Shown here: positions 10,417 to 20,619 of the stretch, one piece after another | Layout of the letters: the number at the start of each line of letters is the position of its first letter | Numbering within the stretch: position 1 is the first letter of the stretch | Assembly (NCBI GenBank): GCA_965243025.1 | Contig: CBDETY010000003.1 | Location: forward strand, 5,056,001 to 5,120,000 | Length of the DNA: 64,000 nt | Direction of reading: 5' to 3' | Source of the DNA: Candidatus Latescibacterota bacterium | GTDB taxonomy: Bacteria > Latescibacterota > UBA2968 > UBA8231 | Position numbers and translations under genes: made by a program | The notes under the pieces: generated by a model | Databases searched by the model: none | What the model was told of the DNA's origin: nothing | What the model saw: only the letters and a program-made list of their open reading frames with translations

Positions 10417-11298
10417 GTGGACACGAACAGAATCGTAGACGCGCACATTCACGTCTGGAGCCGGGAGTTCGAGCGCTATCCCCTGGCTCCGGGGTTTGCC
10501 GAATCCGATCTGTGGCGGCCGTCGTTTACACCCGACGACCACTTCCGCTACAGCCGGCAGGTGGGGAAGATCCGCATCAACCTGGTGCAGATGACGTGGT
10601 ACGGACTCGACCACAGCTACATCATCGATCTGATTGCCGCCGACCCCGACACGTTCGTCGGTACCGGGGTCGTCCCGGCCGTCAGCGACGTCGCCCTGGC
10701 ACCGCCCGATCGAGCGATGAGGGACCTTGCCAGATGCGGTATCTACGCCTTCCGGATTCGCGGCAGAGGCGCGCAACCGCCGAGGGGGCAGTCGGACCGC
10801 TGGCTCGACCAGAAGGGGTACGAACAGATGTTTGCAGCCGGGGCCGAAGACAATCTGGCGCTCAGCTTTCTCATGGGTCCACGGGACATACCCGAACTCG
10901 ACCGCATGTGTTGGCGTTTTCCCGAGACCCCCGTCATCGTCGATCACTTCGGTGGCGCGCAGGTCAGGGACGGCGCAATCAACCAGGGGGATCTGCAGGC
11001 CCTGTGCGGACTGGCCAGGCATCCGCGGGTGATGGTGAAACTCGGGCCCCTGCACGGCGTCGGTAATCGCCGCGCCCCGTTTCACGACACGCGGGCCCTT
11101 ATCCGGCCCGTCGTAGAAGCTTTCGGCGCCGAGCGCTGCATGTGGGAAAGCGACAGCGGCGGTCCGGTCGGGATGGAAAACCCTCTCGAGGATTACCCGG
11201 CCGCAATCGCCGTGGTCGCCGAGGCGGATTTCCTCAGTGCTTCCCAGAAAGAGCTGATTCTCGGAGGCAGCGCGGCGAAGTTCTTTTTCGAGCGGTGA
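10417..11298 (+). CDS. Amidohydrolase family 2 protein
   Basis: IVDAHIHVW, VIVDHFG, FGAERCMWESD motifs. Confidence 0.88.
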   Translation: MDTNRIVDAHIHVWSREFERYPLAPGFAESDLWRPSFTPDDHFRYSRQVGKIRINLVQMTWYGLDHSYIIDLIAADPDTFVGTGVVPAVSDVALAPPDRAMRDLARCGIYAFRIRGRGAQPPRGQSDRWLDQKGYEQMFAAGAEDNLALSFLMGPRDIPELDRMCWRFPETPVIVDHFGGAQVRDGAINQGDLQALCGLARHPRVMVKLGPLHGVGNRRAPFHDTRALIRPVVEAFGAERCMWESDSGGPVGMENPLEDYPAAIAVVAEADFLSASQKELILGGSAAKFFFER

Positions 11299-11506
11299 GG
11301 GTTCGCTCCAATGCGATTGACGGGCTTTGCCGGCCTCGACGGCGCAGGCAGAGCGTGGAGGACAGACAGGGCTTCGTCGCGGGAAGCGCGGGATGAGTGC
11401 GACCTGGTTCTCAACGCGAGCACGCTGGAGGTGGAGGAGATAGCGACCGCGACCCTGCGTCAGCGCATGCGCGGCGACGGGCCCGGACAGAGGAGCGAAG
11501 GTCGAT

Positions 11507-13120
11507 ATGGACCTGCTGATTAGCGGCGGCAGCGTCGTTGACGGTACCGGGAACCCACCTCGGCCTGCCGACGTGGCGGTTCAGGACGGGCGCATCCTCG
11601 ACGTCGGAACCATCGCAAAACCGGAAGAAGTACCCTGTCTCGACGCCAGCGGCCTGCTGGTGGCTCCCGGCTTCATCGATATCCACAGTCATTCGGACTT
11701 CACCCTGATCGTCGACCCGCGCGCGGTCAGCTCGATCACCCAGGGCGTGACCTTCGAAGTGGTCGGCAACTGCGGTCACGGGTGCGCGCCCATCGTCGAC
11801 GCCGAGCTCGCGAAGTCGAACATCTACGGAAGTCGCGCCGATTCGGAGATCGACTGGCATACGATGGCCGAATACCTCGACCGGCTCCAGGCCGGGAGAC
11901 CGGCGGTCAACGTGGCGGCCCTGGTTCCCAACGGCATCCTGAGGCTGGCCGCCGTCGAGCATCTCGACCGCCCGTCGACGCCGGAGGAGCTCGAGCGGAT
12001 GAAGCGGCTGCTCGCCCAGGGGTTGGAGGAAGGGGCGATCGGTTTTTCCACCGGGCTCGAGTACGGCCCGGAAATGGCCTGCCCGGAGGAGGAGATCGTC
12101 GAACTCTGCCGGGTGGCAGCCCGGGCCGGAGGCCTGTACGCGACGCACACCCGAAACCGCTACGGGGAAGCCCACGAGGCCATCGCCGAGGCGATCCGCA
12201 CCAGCACCGCCTCGGGGGCTCCCCTGCAGATCTCCCATATCCAGGTAGTTGCGCGGTTGGTAGAGAACGGACGGGAGGCGTTCGAACATGCCCTCCAACA
12301 GGTCGAACAGGCGCGGGTCCGGGGGGTGGATATCGGCTTCGACATGCACACCCGCCTGTTCGGGACCACGCACCTGAGCACCGCCCTGCCCCCCTGGGCG
12401 CTCGTGGGAGACAAGGCGGCGATTGCGGCGCGGTTGCGGGACCGCGGGGTGCGCGAAGAGCTGAAGCGCTACCGCAGCCTCCTGCGCTCCCTGGTTCAGG
12501 ACGACTGGAACAAAATCATTCTTTTCGACAGCAAAGCGGCGCCCGGGTTTTCCCGCAGGAGCATCGCCGAGATCGCCGGGCTGACGGGCGCCGACCCGCT
12601 CGAAGCCATCTGCGACCTCCTGCTCGCCGAGATCGACGATATGCACAGCCTCATGGTGATCGCCCTGACCTACCGGGAGGAGGAGAACAGGATCGCCTTC
12701 GAGCATCCCCACTGCATGGTCGCCTCGGACGCCACGGCGCTGGCGACCGATGGTCCGCTGCAGGGCACCTCCTTCCATGGGGCCTACACCTGGGCTTCCT
12801 GGTTTTACCGCCGCTTTGTCCGCGACACCGCGACCCTCAGTCCCCAGGAGGCGGTGCGACGGCTCACCTCCCTCCCCGCGCGGCGGCTCGGCATCAGCGA
12901 CCGGGGTGTCATCCGCAAAGGCGCGTGGGCCGATCTGGCGATTTTCGATCCGCGGACGTTCGGGGAGCGAGGCACCACCTACGAGCCGAACCAGACCGCA
13001 GCCGGCATGATCCACGTCCTCGTCAACGGTACCGTTACCGTAGAGAACGGGGAGTTGACGGGAATGCGCGGGGGGCAGGTGGTGCGCAGCGGTCAGATTC
13101 CTCGCGGGGTGTGGTCGTAG
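11507..13120 (+). CDS. N-acyl-D-amino-acid deacylase (D-aminoacylase family)
   Basis: APGFIDIHSHSD, QGVTFEVVGNCG, GFSTGLEY, YATHTR, ISHI, ADLAIFDP motifs. Confidence 0.9.
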   Translation: MDLLISGGSVVDGTGNPPRPADVAVQDGRILDVGTIAKPEEVPCLDASGLLVAPGFIDIHSHSDFTLIVDPRAVSSITQGVTFEVVGNCGHGCAPIVDAELAKSNIYGSRADSEIDWHTMAEYLDRLQAGRPAVNVAALVPNGILRLAAVEHLDRPSTPEELERMKRLLAQGLEEGAIGFSTGLEYGPEMACPEEEIVELCRVAARAGGLYATHTRNRYGEAHEAIAEAIRTSTASGAPLQISHIQVVARLVENGREAFEHALQQVEQARVRGVDIGFDMHTRLFGTTHLSTALPPWALVGDKAAIAARLRDRGVREELKRYRSLLRSLVQDDWNKIILFDSKAAPGFSRRSIAEIAGLTGADPLEAICDLLLAEIDDMHSLMVIALTYREEENRIAFEHPHCMVASDATALATDGPLQGTSFHGAYTWASWFYRRFVRDTATLSPQEAVRRLTSLPARRLGISDRGVIRKGAWADLAIFDPRTFGERGTTYEPNQTAAGMIHVLVNGTVTVENGELTGMRGGQVVRSGQIPRGVWS

Positions 13121-14035
13121 TCACTCCGGCGGAGGCCTGACGAGTCCCGCTCCCGCCGCGTCGATCATCTGTTTCAGTTTCTCCGCGATAAACCTGCTGT
13201 AGATGGCAATCAACTTCTCCCCTTTTTCCGCCGAGGCGAGCAAGGCGTTCTCCTGGCGGGCGCGGTCCCGCGGGTTCTCGGGATTGGGCCCTCCCAGGGG
13301 CCAGCCTTCCTTCGAGAAGGGCTCCAGGTATTCCTCGATTTCGGGGGAAAGTCCGTTTGCGTAATCCAGCCCGGCCCGGTCGTACTCCTCCATGGTGAAG
13401 GCGCGAACGCGCTGCGGGCAAATCGCCAGTATCAAGGATGTCTCCTCCTCCGAGGCGTGGTTGAGGGAGGTCTGGCGCGCTACGGTGTCAAGCCTGCCCT
13501 CCTTCAGGTCCCGGTATCCCTGGAGGAAATCCGCCCGTTCCTCGTCGGTGAGTCCGGAAGCGTAGGAGACCTCGTCGAGCACCACGCCCAGGCCGCGGCG
13601 CCACTCGGGCAGAACGTCCCGCAGCAGACCGTGGTTGCCGCCGTGGCCGTTGACTACCAGAATGACGGCGATACCGTGGCTCTTCAGGCTTTGCACGACA
13701 TCGAACAGGTATGCCCGCAGGGTTTCCTTGCGCAGCGTCAGGGTGCCCTTGCGCGCCATGTGGTACGGCGAGTACCCGGCAGGACAACCAGGAGCCACCA
13801 CGACCTGTGGATAGAGCAGCAGGGCGGCCTGACGGGAAAGAAACGTGGAGACGACAATGTCCACGTCGAGGGCGAGGTGCTCGTTGTGCTGCTCGATGGC
13901 CCCGATCGGGACAATGGCGGCTTTCAGACGGCCGCTTTGCAGCGCCTGACGGATCTCCTGGCGGGTGTTCTCGCCAAGCATCACCCGGTCGGGATTGATG
14001 CAGCGGTTCGGTTCGGGTGACATTCCGCTCTCCAT
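13121..14035 (-). CDS. Creatininase/creatinine amidohydrolase family protein
   Basis: PIGAIEQHNEHL, VNGHGGN, HASEEETS motifs. Confidence 0.88.
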   Translation of the reverse strand: MESGMSPEPNRCINPDRVMLGENTRQEIRQALQSGRLKAAIVPIGAIEQHNEHLALDVDIVVSTFLSRQAALLLYPQVVVAPGCPAGYSPYHMARKGTLTLRKETLRAYLFDVVQSLKSHGIAVILVVNGHGGNHGLLRDVLPEWRRGLGVVLDEVSYASGLTDEERADFLQGYRDLKEGRLDTVARQTSLNHASEEETSLILAICPQRVRAFTMEEYDRAGLDYANGLSPEIEEYLEPFSKEGWPLGGPNPENPRDRARQENALLASAEKGEKLIAIYSRFIAEKLKQMIDAAGAGLVRPPPE

Positions 14036-14175
14036 TCATCGTCTCAGGCCGAACACCCTGTTACAGGGCCATGGAGGTCCGGTTCCCAGCCTCGGAAATT
14101 GATCGTCTGGCGGACCGCGTGTGAAGGGGATGCCTCCCCCAGCCGGGGGTTCGGACGCCCCCTGAAGGGCAGTTG

Positions 14176-15165
14176 TCAGCGCCGCGGCGGGGCGACGATC
14201 TGGTCGAGGACGCGGTTGGTGCGCGCCCCTGTCTCACCGGTGCTCGGACATTCCCCCTCGCCGCGCAGGGAGTCGACGATCGACTGGATCAGGGGCTGCT
14301 GGACATGTTCGGGGGGCGGCAGGTGGAACTCCCGGCGGCCGGCGGGGGTGGTGAGGACGACCGGTTCGTCGAGGGCGAAAGCGGAGTAGGCGACGCTGCC
14401 CTCGCTGCCGACGATCTCGGTGCGGTCGCGAGCGGCCCCGGCATGGGTGGTAAAGCACCACAAGCCCGCGCCCAGGGCGCCGGATTCGAACCGGAAGGAG
14501 GCGCTGACGATATCGTCGGTGGGGTAGAGCCCTGCCTGGTTGCCGGCGATTCCACTGGCAGTGGCAACCGGTCCCAGCAGGAAATCCAGAAGGTCGAGCT
14601 GGTGGCAGCCGAGGTCGAAGAAGTAGCCGTCCCCGGCGATCTCCGGCAGGACGCGCCAAGGCTGCCGGTCCGGGTCGAGATCGTCGGCGCTCGGGGGGCC
14701 GTACTGTTGAACGGTGGCGAAGCGAACCTCTCCCACCGCCCCCGCCTGCAACAGCTCTGCGGCTTTGACGAAGGCGGGAAGACGGCGGCGGTAGTAGGCG
14801 ACGAACAGCGGCACCCCGGCCGCGGCGCAGGCCTCGTTCATCCGCCGGCACTGGTCATGGTTCAGGGCCATCGGCTTTTCGACGTAGACCGGCTTTCCCG
14901 CGGCGGCAACCCGCAAGGTGTACTCGCAGTGGGAGTCCGGCGGCGTGGCGATGTAGACGGCGTCGACCTCGCCGTCGGCTATCAGGGCGTCGGCATCGTC
15001 GTACCAGCGCGGAACGCGGTGGCGCCGTGCGAAGTCGGCGGCCAGGTCTCCGCTGCGGCGCATCACGGCGACGAGCTCGGAGCCGTCGCATTTGTACAGC
15101 GGCGGTCCCGACTTCATCTCGGTGACGTCGCCGCAGCCGATAATTCCCCAGCGGATCTTGTCCAT
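14176..15165 (-). CDS. Gfo/Idh/MocA family oxidoreductase
   Basis: WGIIGCG Rossmann motif, VYIATPP, GKPVYVEKPMA, DLGCHQLD. Confidence 0.92.
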   Translation of the reverse strand: MDKIRWGIIGCGDVTEMKSGPPLYKCDGSELVAVMRRSGDLAADFARRHRVPRWYDDADALIADGEVDAVYIATPPDSHCEYTLRVAAAGKPVYVEKPMALNHDQCRRMNEACAAAGVPLFVAYYRRRLPAFVKAAELLQAGAVGEVRFATVQQYGPPSADDLDPDRQPWRVLPEIAGDGYFFDLGCHQLDLLDFLLGPVATASGIAGNQAGLYPTDDIVSASFRFESGALGAGLWCFTTHAGAARDRTEIVGSEGSVAYSAFALDEPVVLTTPAGRREFHLPPPEHVQQPLIQSIVDSLRGEGECPSTGETGARTNRVLDQIVAPPRR

Positions 15166-15350
15166 GGTTCAGGAATCGTTAATGAGTGAGGGAGTCGAGC
15201 CGGTGACTTCCGGCTCGTGGACAGGTGCGCATTTCGGAAGCGGTTCGGGAATGACTGGCAGGTTTCACCGCCGGCCACTCACTCCCGGAACCTGCGCGCG
15301 CTGAATGTAGCCGCCGTCAAAGGGCCGGTCAAAAACAAGCCCGGCCCGTG

Positions 15351-15380
15351 TTGACATCGATCGCGGGGGCGGAGTACAAT
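15351..15380 (+). promoter_or_regulatory. Sigma70-type promoter of the nfeD-floA operon
   Basis: TTGACA (15351-56), 18-bp spacer, TACAAT (15375-80), about 36 bp upstream of the nfeD start. Confidence 0.7.
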
Positions 15381-15416
15381 CTTGGGATTTGACGATACTA
15401 CGGCCGTGAAAGGGCC

Positions 15417-16898
15417 ATGAAAGACAAGAAAGACAAGCAGTTACATCGAAGAAGAAAGCATCGCCCCGCGTTCCTCGCAGGCCTTGTGGCAGCGGTCTTC
15501 TGCCTCCTTCCGAACCCGGAAACCGCAGTGCTCGCCAGCGACAGCGAGGCGCCGGCCCAAGCGACGGAACCGGAGGCCGCGGCTGCGAACGAAACGGAAG
15601 AGGAAAACGGGAAGAAGCGGCCGATCGTTCACCTGCTGGAGATGCACACGGTCAGCACCGAGCAGGAGATGATCGACCCCGGAATCACCGCATTCGTCGA
15701 ACGGGCGATCAGGGACTCGGACGAAGCCGGCGTCGACGCCATCGTTTTCGACATCGATACCTTCGGGGGCCGCGTCGACGCCGCCACGGTGATCCGGGAC
15801 GCCATCATCGACGCCGATCCGCTCACCATCGCCTTCATCAACAAGAGGGCGATTTCCGCGGGGGCGCTGATCGCGCTGTCCTGCGACAAGATCGTAATGG
15901 TCAAGGGGGGGGAGATCGGGGCCGTTACCCCGGTCTCGGGTGGCGGCGAAAAAGCGGGGGACAAGTACGTCTCGGTGATGCGCGCCGAGATGCGGGCCAC
16001 GGCCGAGCGCACCGGCAGGGATCCCGAGATCGCCGAAGCGATGGTCGACGAGCGCATCGAAATCGAGGGTTTCAGCGAGGTTGTCGGACGCCCGGCGACG
16101 CTGACCACCAGGGAGGCGCTGCAGTTCGGGGTCGCCGACGAGACCGCCGAAACCCTTCATGGCGTTCTGCGCATATACGACCTCGAAGATGCCGAGATCG
16201 TCGAGGTGAAGATCAACTGGGCCGAGCAGGTGGTGCGGTTCCTGACCAATCCCATCATCACCTCCATCCTGCTTTCGGTGGCGATTTTCGGGCTGATCGC
16301 CGAGGTGCGGACCCCGGGTTGGGGACTGGGAGGCACGATGGCGCTGGTTGCCCTGGCGCTTTTCTTCGGCAGTCACCTCGTGGTGCATCTGGCCGAATGG
16401 GACGAGCTGGCCCTGTTCGTGGTCGGCCTCGTCCTGCTGGTCGTCGAGATCGCCTTCATTCCGGGGTTCGGGATCGTGGGCCTTGCCGGTATTCTCTGCA
16501 TGGTCGCCAGTCTGCTGCTGACCCGCCTGCCCTCCTACCAGTGGTGGAGTCTCGACGAGATCACTGCGGTGATCGGACAGCTGGCGCTTTCGATGATTCT
16601 CGCCATCGTCGGCGCCGCCATTCTGCTGCGGGCGCTGCCGCGGTTCGCCCTGTTCAATCGGCTAATCCTGCGCAGCGAAACCTCCGCGAAGGAGGGGTAC
16701 GTCGGTACGCCGACCGACAGGGATTCCGGCCTCGTCGGGCAGGAGGGCGTGACTCTGACCGCCCTGCGGCCCACCGGCATGGGGATGTTCGACGGCAAGC
16801 GGCTCGACATCATTGCCGAGGGAGAGTTCATCGAGGAGCACACCGCCGTGAAGGTCGTGGAGGCGCGCGGCAACCGGGTTATCGTGAGGCCCTCGTGA
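15417..16898 (+). CDS. nfeD: Long NfeD family membrane-bound ClpP-class serine protease (YqeZ-like)
   Basis: Signal peptide; [34 protein letters not shown]; TM region with PGFG; C-terminal OB-fold (LTALRPTG). Confidence 0.9.
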   Translation: MKDKKDKQLHRRRKHRPAFLAGLVAAVFCLLPNPETAVLASDSEAPAQATEPEAAAANETEEENGKKRPIVHLLEMHTVSTEQEMIDPGITAFVERAIRDSDEAGVDAIVFDIDTFGGRVDAATVIRDAIIDADPLTIAFINKRAISAGALIALSCDKIVMVKGGEIGAVTPVSGGGEKAGDKYVSVMRAEMRATAERTGRDPEIAEAMVDERIEIEGFSEVVGRPATLTTREALQFGVADETAETLHGVLRIYDLEDAEIVEVKINWAEQVVRFLTNPIITSILLSVAIFGLIAEVRTPGWGLGGTMALVALALFFGSHLVVHLAEWDELALFVVGLVLLVVEIAFIPGFGIVGLAGILCMVASLLLTRLPSYQWWSLDEITAVIGQLALSMILAIVGAAILLRALPRFALFNRLILRSETSAKEGYVGTPTDRDSGLVGQEGVTLTALRPTGMGMFDGKRLDIIAEGEFIEEHTAVKVVEARGNRVIVRPS

Positions 16899-17410
16899 GC
16901 GAGTTGGGTCCCGATTTCCTGCCCTGGCTCTACTCGATCGGGCTGTTGATTCTCGGTTTCGTGCTCATCCTGCTCGAGATCTTCGTGATCCCGGGATTCA
17001 ACATCTTCGGCATCATGGGGTTCGGCACGGTCTGTGTCGGCGTCCTCCTGGCCTACAGAAAGCTGGGGGTGGAAGCCGCGGTCGTGGTCGGGCTCCTGGG
17101 ACTGGCCGGCACGGCCTACCTGGTCGTATTTCTGATCCGCAGCCGCGCCTGGCAGCGGCTGGTGCTCGAAACCGAGACCGACAAGGCCTCCGGCTACGAG
17201 TCGACGCCGGTCGGATTCACCGAGTTGCTGGCGCAGAAAGGGGTCGCCCTTACGCCGTTGCGCCCCAGCGGCCGGGCGCAGTTCGGCGACCGCGTCGTGG
17301 ACGTTGTCACCGAAGGGGATTTCATCAATCCGGGATCCCAGGTTGTGGTAATGGAGGTGCATGGGAACCGGGTCGTGGTTCAGGAACCACGACCGGAGAG
17401 CGATTCATAG
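16895..17410 (+). CDS. Short NfeD-family protein (TM + OB-fold, no protease domain)
   Basis: GTG start overlapping upstream stop (GTGA); [29 protein letters not shown]. Confidence 0.85.
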   Translation: MSELGPDFLPWLYSIGLLILGFVLILLEIFVIPGFNIFGIMGFGTVCVGVLLAYRKLGVEAAVVVGLLGLAGTAYLVVFLIRSRAWQRLVLETETDKASGYESTPVGFTELLAQKGVALTPLRPSGRAQFGDRVVDVVTEGDFINPGSQVVVMEVHGNRVVVQEPRPESDS

Positions 17411-17472
17411 GTGCGACTGCCCGCGGCGCAAGAGAGCGGCAGGCGGCCACCTGTGCAACCAAGGAGGCGGTA

Positions 17473-18450
17473 ATGGAAGCACTGTTCTACGTCGCGATTC
17501 TGTTCGCGATCATCATATTCCTGAGCCTGTTCACCTATTTTGTTCCGATCGGGCTGTGGATCACGGCGTACTTCGCCGGCGTCAAAGTGGGAATCTTCCG
17601 CGACCTGGTCGGAATGCGGCTGCGAAAAGTACCCCCGGCCGCCATCGTCAGGCCCAAAATCAGCGCCGCCAAGGCGGGTCTGGAAGTGGAGCTGGACCGC
17701 ATGGAAGCCCACTATCTGGCCGGAGGCAACGTCGAGGTAGTGATCCTGGCGCTTATCTCTGCGGACAAGGCCAACATCGAGCTCACGTTCGAACGCGCGA
17801 CGGCAATCGATCTGGCCGGACGCGACGTGCTCGAAGCGGTCAAGGTCAGCGTGAACCCGAAGGTGATCAACACTCCGCTGATCGCGGCCATCGCCAAGGA
17901 CGGAATCCAGGTGAAGGCGACCTGCCGCGTTACCGTGAGAGCCAACATCGACCGCCTGGTTGGCGGCGCGGGTGAAGAGACCATCATAGCGCGGGTCGGC
18001 GAGGGGATCGTCACTACTGTTGGATCGGCGGGGACGCACAAGCAGGTGCTGGAGAACCCGGACAACATCTCCAAGACGGTGCTGGGGAAAGGGCTCGATT
18101 CCAACACCGCCTTCGAGATTCTGTCGATCGATATTGCCGATGTCGACGTCGGCGAGAACATCGGCGCCAAGCTGCAGACCGAGCAGGCTGAAGCCGACCT
18201 CAAGATCGCTCAGGCGAAAGCCGAGGAGCGCCGCGCCATGGCACAGGCGCGCGAGCAGGAAATGAATGCCCTCGTCGAGGAGATGAGCGCCCGTGTCAAG
18301 GAAGCGGAGGCCGAAGTGCCGCGCGCGATGGCCGAGGCGTTCCGCAGCGGCAACCTCGGCATCATGGACTATTACCGCATGCGCAACATTCAGTCCGACA
18401 CCGAAATGCGGACTTCGATTTCAGAAACGGATGGCTTGCAGGATGAGTAG
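17473..18450 (+). CDS. floA: Flotillin-like protein FloA (YqfA)
   Basis: AAGGAGG RBS; [43 protein letters not shown]. Confidence 0.95.
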   Translation: MEALFYVAILFAIIIFLSLFTYFVPIGLWITAYFAGVKVGIFRDLVGMRLRKVPPAAIVRPKISAAKAGLEVELDRMEAHYLAGGNVEVVILALISADKANIELTFERATAIDLAGRDVLEAVKVSVNPKVINTPLIAAIAKDGIQVKATCRVTVRANIDRLVGGAGEETIIARVGEGIVTTVGSAGTHKQVLENPDNISKTVLGKGLDSNTAFEILSIDIADVDVGENIGAKLQTEQAEADLKIAQAKAEERRAMAQAREQEMNALVEEMSARVKEAEAEVPRAMAEAFRSGNLGIMDYYRMRNIQSDTEMRTSISETDGLQDE

Positions 18451-18497
18451 GTCGTCCGTCGCCGGCTTGGAGACGAGCTGAGGAGCAGGCAGGAGTC

Positions 18498-19103
18498 GTG
18501 GAGCAGCTACTATTCCTGCTGTTCGTGCTCTTCAGCGTCGTCTCGGCGCTGCTCGAACGGCGCAAGCGCAAGAGGCAGCGCGAAGAGCAGCGCCAGGCCG
18601 GCACGCCGGGGAAGACCGAACGGGAGGAAGAAGAAGAAGAGACATGGCCCTTTCCGATGGGGGGGGATCCCTTCGAGCCGGCGCGCCCACGCCGGCCTTC
18701 CCCGCCGCCTGAGGAAGAGCTGGAGGAAGAACGCGCTCCGCAGCCGGTGGCCGCGGAGGTTTCCGGCGAGCAAGAGGAACCGGAGCCTCCGAAGCGTCCC
18801 AATATCTTCCAGCGGCTCGAGGATTTCGCCCGGGAAGAGGAAAGACGCGCCCGTGCCGAGGAGGAGGAGGTCCTCGCCGACCAGGAGCGTGCCCGCCAGC
18901 TTGAAAGGCGGGCGAGCGAAACTGCCCAGCGCATTCGGGAGCAGGCCAGGCCGCGGTCCGAGCCGGTGGAGCAGCCACGGGTTGCCAAGCGTAAACGGCG
19001 CAGCAAGTGGAGCCTCACCCCGAAAACGGCGCGGGACGCCATCGTCTACGCCGAGATTTTCGGGAAGCCCAAGGCAGACCGGACGGAGGAGCTCTTCGGA
19101 TAA
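18498..19103 (+). CDS. Hypothetical protein with N-terminal membrane anchor (YqfB-like position in the floA operon)
   Basis: AGGAG RBS, GTG start; one N-terminal TM helix, charged Glu/Arg/Pro-rich linker, C-terminal ARDAIVYAEIFGKPKA motif. Confidence 0.75.
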   Translation: MEQLLFLLFVLFSVVSALLERRKRKRQREEQRQAGTPGKTEREEEEEETWPFPMGGDPFEPARPRRPSPPPEEELEEERAPQPVAAEVSGEQEEPEPPKRPNIFQRLEDFAREEERRARAEEEEVLADQERARQLERRASETAQRIREQARPRSEPVEQPRVAKRKRRSKWSLTPKTARDAIVYAEIFGKPKADRTEELFG

Positions 19104-19130
19104 GGGCGGTCGCGTCCCGGCGCCTCGACA

Positions 19131-19217
19131 GCCGAAGTGGCGGAACTGGTAGACGCGCTGGATTCAAAATCCAGTGACCATCAGGTCGTGTGGGTTCGAG
19201 TCCCACCTTCGGCACCA
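19131..19217 (+). tRNA. tRNA-Leu (anticodon CAA)
   Basis: Acceptor GCCGAAG/CTTCGGC + A-CCA; D-arm GGCGGAACTGGTAGACGC; anticodon arm CTGGA-TTCAAAA-TCCAG; long variable arm GACC-ATCA-GGTC; T-arm GTGGGTTCGAGTCCCAC. Confidence 0.97.
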
Positions 19218-19476
19218 CCCCTTCGCAACGACTGCTGAGAGAACAGAAGCCCGCCCGGCATCCGACCATTTCCCGCCCCGTGCATTTCGCGGGACGCCGG
19301 GGGAATTCCAGCCGCCATCGGCGAATACCGCTCTCGAATCAGAGCCCCGGCGGCCGGCGCAGGGCTGCGACCCGCATGGCCAACCGTTGACCCCGGTAAA
19401 GGAAGTCCGCCACGCAGAAACCGGTCCGCCGTTTGCGCAACGTCCTTCCCGCAACATGGAGTGACCGAGGCAGCCG

Positions 19477-20514
19477 ATGAAAACGCACCAGGCGAACCGC
19501 CTGCGCAGTTTGACATCAGACATCTTCACGGCCTGTGACGCGCCCCCGGAGGATGCGGAAGTCCTGGCCCGCCACCTCGTAGCCGCCAACCTCAAGGGCC
19601 TCGATTCTCACGGCGTCCTCCGGATTCCGCAGTATGTCGGCAACATCCGCAGAAACGAGATCGTTCCCGGGGCCGGGATCGAAACGGTCAGGGAAACCGC
19701 TGCGACATGCCTTCTCGACCTGAACTGGAACTTCGGCCAGGTCGGGGCCCGCACCGCTACCGGGATGGCGGTTGCCAAGGCCCGAAGCCAGGGCCTCGGA
19801 TCGGTCGCCCTGTACCGGACTCAGCACGTCGGCTGCCTGAGCCTCTACACCGAGGCGGTCGCCCGGGAAGGGATGGTGGGGCTTGCGGCCTGCAGCGGCG
19901 GTTCCCCGAGCGGTCACTGGGTGGCGCCCTGGGGGGGCCGCGAGGGGCGCATCGGAACCAACCCGATTTCGCTGGCGGCGCCGACGAACGGGCGGCCGAT
20001 ACTGTTCGACGCGGCCACGAGCGCCGTCTCCGAAGGCAAGGTGCGCCTGAGCAGGGACAGCGGAAAGAGCCTGCCGGACGCCTGGCTCGTCGACGCGGCG
20101 GGAAGACCGAGCGACGACCCCAACGCGCTCTACGGTTCTCCCGGGGGGGCCATCCTGCCGGTGGGAGGGGCGCTGGCCTACAAAGGTTTCGGTTTTGCGA
20201 TGATCGCCCAGGTACTGAGCACGGTCCTCACCGGTGCCACCGCCGAACGCATGGGAGGGGAGAGCAACAATTTCTGGATTCTCGCCGTCGACGTCGCGGC
20301 GTTCACCTCTCCGGAGGATTTCCGCAGGGAGCTCGACGAGTACGCCGCCTACGCAAAATCAGCAGCCCTGGCCGAAGGGTTCGAGCGGGTTCTGATGCCC
20401 GGTGAGCTCGACTGCGAAACCGAGGAACGCCGCGCTGCCGAGGGAATTCCGATCGCCGACGGGGTATGGTCGCAGATCGAAGCCGTGGCCGCGGAGCTCG
20501 GGGTGGCGACCTGA
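19477..20514 (+). CDS. Ldh_2 family oxidoreductase (malate/L-lactate/sulfolactate dehydrogenase type)
   Basis: GLDSHGVLRIPQY, HVGCL, IGTNPISLAAP, FDAATS, YKGFG, VLMPGE. Confidence 0.9.
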   Translation: MKTHQANRLRSLTSDIFTACDAPPEDAEVLARHLVAANLKGLDSHGVLRIPQYVGNIRRNEIVPGAGIETVRETAATCLLDLNWNFGQVGARTATGMAVAKARSQGLGSVALYRTQHVGCLSLYTEAVAREGMVGLAACSGGSPSGHWVAPWGGREGRIGTNPISLAAPTNGRPILFDAATSAVSEGKVRLSRDSGKSLPDAWLVDAAGRPSDDPNALYGSPGGAILPVGGALAYKGFGFAMIAQVLSTVLTGATAERMGGESNNFWILAVDVAAFTSPEDFRRELDEYAAYAKSAALAEGFERVLMPGELDCETEERRAAEGIPIADGVWSQIEAVAAELGVAT

Positions 20515-20619
20515 GGTGACCCGGCGGCCGGCAGCGGGACGGAAGCACAGGGGGACTCGCCGGGGATCTTCCTCCAGCCCTCCGCCTTGTACAGCGGCTT
20601 GCCCGCGCGTACGGCTGGG

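Noticed and set aside
19131-19476. tRNA-Leu as an integration site for a genomic island
   Set aside because: No integrase nearby, I saw no duplicated tRNA 3' end elsewhere in the window, and the downstream genes have ordinary composition.
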